Source: Bdellovibrionales bacterium (lineage in GTDB: Bacteria > Bdellovibrionota > Bdellovibrionia > Bdellovibrionales > JAUICD01). From it: 64,000 bases of DNA. The position numbers were made by a program, and so were the translations under genes. Positions 60,712 through 64,000 of this stretch are shown piece by piece. Numbering within the stretch: the first letter of the stretch is position 1; each line of letters opens with the position of its first letter. The DNA is taken from positions 64,001-128,000 of the forward strand of contig CBDANC010000014.1 in the NCBI GenBank assembly GCA_965197425.1, written 5' to 3'. The notes beneath the pieces are model-generated. The model saw only the letters and a list, made by a program, of their open reading frames with translations. It did not search any database and was not told the origin of the DNA.

Positions 60712-63150
60712 GTGAACGACAATAATAATGATATGAAAGACAAAAACAAAGATAATAATAATTCTAAAGAGTTTTTACCACTATTACCTATCAGAGATAT
60801 AGTTGTATTTCCATATATGATAGTACCTTTGTTTGTTTCAAGAGAATCTTCTGCGAAAGCTATAAAAGAAGCCCTGGCAGGAAGCAGAGCTATATTTTTG
60901 ACAGCACAAAAAAAAGTAACAGACGAACAAATTCCAAAACCAGAGTCACTATATACAACAGGTATAATTGCAACGGTTATGCGTACAAGACAACTAGCAG
61001 ATGGGCGTGTAAAGGTATTGGTTCAAGGTGTTTCAAAAGCTAGAATTAAAAGCTTTGATAACAAAGAAGGTTGCATGATGGTTGAGGTAGAAACATCTAT
61101 CGAAACAGAAGTAGATCATATGGAAACCCAACCTTTAATAAGAAACATCAAAGATCAAGTAAACGAAATAATAGCTTATGGAAAAGTAATTTCCCCTGAC
61201 ATACTTAATATACTTGAAGATCTAAAAGCTGAGCCAAACAAAATAGCAGATATAGTCGCTAGTAATATATCTTTAAAAATTTCAGATGCTCAAAAGGTGT
61301 TGGAATCAGATAGTGCTGTAGAAAAACTAAAAATAGTCTGTGAGTATTTAAGTAAAGAGTTAGAAGCTTTGAAAATGCAAATCAAAATTAAAAATACTGC
61401 TAAAGATGAGATTAACAAATCACAGAAAGAATACTTCTTAAGAGAACAGTTAAGAGCGATAAAAAGTGAGCTTGGAGAAGCTGACTCTAAAAGCGAAGAA
61501 ATCAGTGAGCTAAGAGAAAGGGGTATGAAGGCAGGTATGCCTACTGAGGTTAAAAAAGAATTTTCAAAACAACTAAGTAGACTTGAAAAAATGCATCCAG
61601 AAGCCAGTGAGGCATCCATAGTTAGAAACTATGTAGAATGGATAGTAGATCTTCCTTGGGCTAAAAAGAGTGTTGATAACCTAGACATTAAACATGCAAG
61701 AAAAGTTTTAGATCAAGATCACTACGACATAAATAAAGTCAAAGAAAGAATACTAGAATTTTTAGCAGTAAGAAAACTAACAAACAAAGCAAAGGGCCCT
61801 ATATTGTGCTTTGTAGGCCCTCCTGGTGTAGGAAAAACTTCATTAGGAAATAGCATTGCTAGGGCGATGGGAAGAAAATATCATAGAATAGCTTTAGGTG
61901 GTGTTAAGGATGAGGCAGAGATCAGAGGCCACAGAAGAACTTATGTTGGAGCTATGCCTGGTAAGATAATACAAGCCCTAAAAACTACAGGCACTAGAAA
62001 CCCCGTTTTAGTACTAGATGAAATAGATAAACTTGGAAATGATTATAAAGGAGACCCTAGTTCAGCTCTTTTAGAAGTTTTGGATGCAGAACAAAATCAT
62101 ACCTTCAGAGATCATTATCTTAACTTAGACTTTGATCTTAGCAATGTGTTGTTTTTAGCCACCGCAAATGTTGTAGAAAATATTCCAGCTCCCCTAAAAG
62201 ACAGAATGGAAATAATCAATTTAAGTGGTTACACTGAACATGAAAAGTTCATAATAGCCAAAAAGTATTTAATCAAACACCAACTTGTGTTTAATGGGCT
62301 TACAGATAAACAAATAGAATTTACTGATGATGGTATTCAATCTGTTATTTCAAATTACACTAGAGAAGCTGGCCTGAGGAATTTAACCCGTGAATTAGGT
62401 GGGGTTTGTAGAAAAATAGCAACAAAAGTTGTAATGGGAGAAAATAAAGACAAATTTATTGTAACTTCAGATAGGGTAGAAGAACTACTTGGCCCTGCTA
62501 AGTTTTTAAGAGACGAATTAGATCATGAACACGGAATAGGTGTTGCAACAGGATTGGCCTGGACGTCTGTAGGCGGTGAAATACTACACATAGAAGCAGT
62601 AGCAATGAAAGGTAAGGGAAAAATAACTCTGACCGGACAACTAGGAGATGTTATGAAGGAATCAGCTCAGGCAGCACTTGGATACGCAAAGGCTAATGTT
62701 TCTGAGCTTGGAATTAAACCAGAATGGTTCGAAAATCATGATATTCACTTACATATCCCAGCAGGAGCAACCCCAAAAGATGGGCCATCAGCTGGTGTAA
62801 CCATTATAACTGCAATAGTTTCTCTTATCACTAGAAGACCAACCAAAACTAATATATCAATGACCGGAGAGATCACCCTCACAGGCAGAGTCCTTCAAAT
62901 TGGAGGATTAAAGGATAAAGCACTTGCGGCTCTAAGACATGGTTGCAAAAATGTAATAATACCAATACAAAATTCTAAAGACTTAATAGATATCCCTGAT
63001 GAATTTAGAGATAAGTTAAATTTTATGCCTGTTAAGTCAGTAGATGAAGTTTTAAAAGTTGCCCTAGAAAAAGACCCAATAGAACAAGAAATAAAAAATG
63101 TAGTTGAACTAAACGGGGCTAAAACTGATCTAATTGTAAACAACGCTTAA
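60712..63150 (+). CDS. lon: ATP-dependent Lon protease
   Basis: GPPGVGKTS, RGHRRTYVGAMPG, PKDGPSAG. Confidence 0.98.
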   Translation: MNDNNNDMKDKNKDNNNSKEFLPLLPIRDIVVFPYMIVPLFVSRESSAKAIKEALAGSRAIFLTAQKKVTDEQIPKPESLYTTGIIATVMRTRQLADGRVKVLVQGVSKARIKSFDNKEGCMMVEVETSIETEVDHMETQPLIRNIKDQVNEIIAYGKVISPDILNILEDLKAEPNKIADIVASNISLKISDAQKVLESDSAVEKLKIVCEYLSKELEALKMQIKIKNTAKDEINKSQKEYFLREQLRAIKSELGEADSKSEEISELRERGMKAGMPTEVKKEFSKQLSRLEKMHPEASEASIVRNYVEWIVDLPWAKKSVDNLDIKHARKVLDQDHYDINKVKERILEFLAVRKLTNKAKGPILCFVGPPGVGKTSLGNSIARAMGRKYHRIALGGVKDEAEIRGHRRTYVGAMPGKIIQALKTTGTRNPVLVLDEIDKLGNDYKGDPSSALLEVLDAEQNHTFRDHYLNLDFDLSNVLFLATANVVENIPAPLKDRMEIINLSGYTEHEKFIIAKKYLIKHQLVFNGLTDKQIEFTDDGIQSVISNYTREAGLRNLTRELGGVCRKIATKVVMGENKDKFIVTSDRVEELLGPAKFLRDELDHEHGIGVATGLAWTSVGGEILHIEAVAMKGKGKITLTGQLGDVMKESAQAALGYAKANVSELGIKPEWFENHDIHLHIPAGATPKDGPSAGVTIITAIVSLITRRPTKTNISMTGEITLTGRVLQIGGLKDKALAALRHGCKNVIIPIQNSKDLIDIPDEFRDKLNFMPVKSVDEVLKVALEKDPIEQEIKNVVELNGAKTDLIVNNA

Positions 63151-63466
63151 AACTAAACAATCGTTCACAAGCATTACAAGATAATCGAACGACAATCCAA
63201 TTTTTATAAGCTACACTGCAGTGTAAAAATTATCTGTGGGTGAACATCTATGGTGATTAAGTGTTGCTAGTTGTGTTCTTTCATTTAATACTTGCAATAC
63301 TTAAGATTATAATTTATACTTATCGTACCCATAGCTTGGAATGCTGGCCGTCTATCTTAGGGCCCGAGCAGAATACCTGGATCCAGCAAGAAACAGAGAT
63401 TTCTTTAGATGTAAGTTGATCATGCAAGTGCTATAACGTTAGCACAGGTGTGGCGATTAGGTTGTT

Positions 63467-64000
63467 ATGAAAGAGCGTATATTATTATTTGTCTTTTTAG
63501 TTGTAAGTGCTGCTGAGGTTCGTGCACAAGAAGTGGTGGGAAAGCAAAAACTGTTTGTTTTTCCAGATGAAATTAAGGAAAGCTCCGGTCTTTCCATTAG
63601 CAGGAACAATCCAGGAATTTTCTGGACTCATAATGACTCGGGAAATGATCCAATAGTTTATGGTATAAATCCTGAGTCTGGTATTGTAGCAAAAATACAT
63701 CTGTTAGGAGTAGAAGGTAGAGATTTAGAGGATATGGCATTAGCTCCTTGTTCCCTTGAAACACCCACAAAATATTGCTTATTTATAGCTGACATAGGAG
63801 ATAACTTACATGCCAGAGGTACTAGAGATTTAGACTATCCAAAAGTTTATATAGTAGAAGAACCAACCCTAAATGATGATTCGAATGCAGTAGAAGTATA
63901 CGATGTGGAACCTAAGGTACTAAGAATATACTATAGTGATAACAAATCTTATGATGCAGAGGCTTTTGCCATAACAGAAGATTTAGATTTGCTGATAATA
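63467..64000 (+). CDS. Secreted probable beta-propeller protein (runs off window end)
   Basis: Not in the ORF track. Manual translation MKERILLFVFLVVSAAEVRA...KESSGL...WTHNDSG...DLEDMA...IADIGDN. Confidence 0.8.
   Translation, partial: MKERILLFVFLVVSAAEVRAQEVVGKQKLFVFPDEIKESSGLSISRNNPGIFWTHNDSGNDPIVYGINPESGIVAKIHLLGVEGRDLEDMALAPCSLETPTKYCLFIADIGDNLHARGTRDLDYPKVYIVEEPTLNDDSNAVEVYDVEPKVLRIYYSDNKSYDAEAFAITEDLDLLII

Noticed and set aside
229..63700. Many short ORFs in the track lying antisense to or inside long genes (e.g. 229-546, 8845-9387, 45122-45544, 63497-63700)
   Set aside because: They overlap well-supported genes and carry no motifs; treated as shadow ORFs

Overview
AT-rich bacterial chromosomal segment. 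Gene content and order (xseA-xseB-ispA, rpsU-yqeY-dnaG-rpoD-tRNA, hbd-crt-icmF, PilZ and CpaF genes, sigma28-like promoters) suggest a Bdellovibrionota/deltaproteobacterial-type organism; this is inference. Most of the window is housekeeping genes, plus a probable 6S RNA and a tRNA-Ile2(CAT) followed by a partial duplicate. Small accessory insertions sit between core genes. Strongest candidates for something new: (1) an overlapping two-gene unit at 41088-46008, encoding a 1366-aa Mrr-like-nuclease/STAND NTPase and a 277-aa protein with a HEPN-type RxxxxH motif, a probable Avs/NLR-like antiphage system with an unusual partner; (2) a dispersed, modular, hairpin-rich intergenic repeat family (about 7.0, 12.8, 17.8-18.05, 22.56, 56.7-56.9 and 60.6 kb) with stem changes that keep base pairing and one copy nested in the loop of another. 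Also seen: a SNIPE/PD-lambda-1-like DUF4041 nuclease, a ClpP-class protease with a small partner, an orphan methyltransferase with a zinc-finger-like insert, a 109-bp direct repeat bracketing a 1-kb cassette, and a galE remnant. All calls come from reading the sequence by eye; no searches were run.
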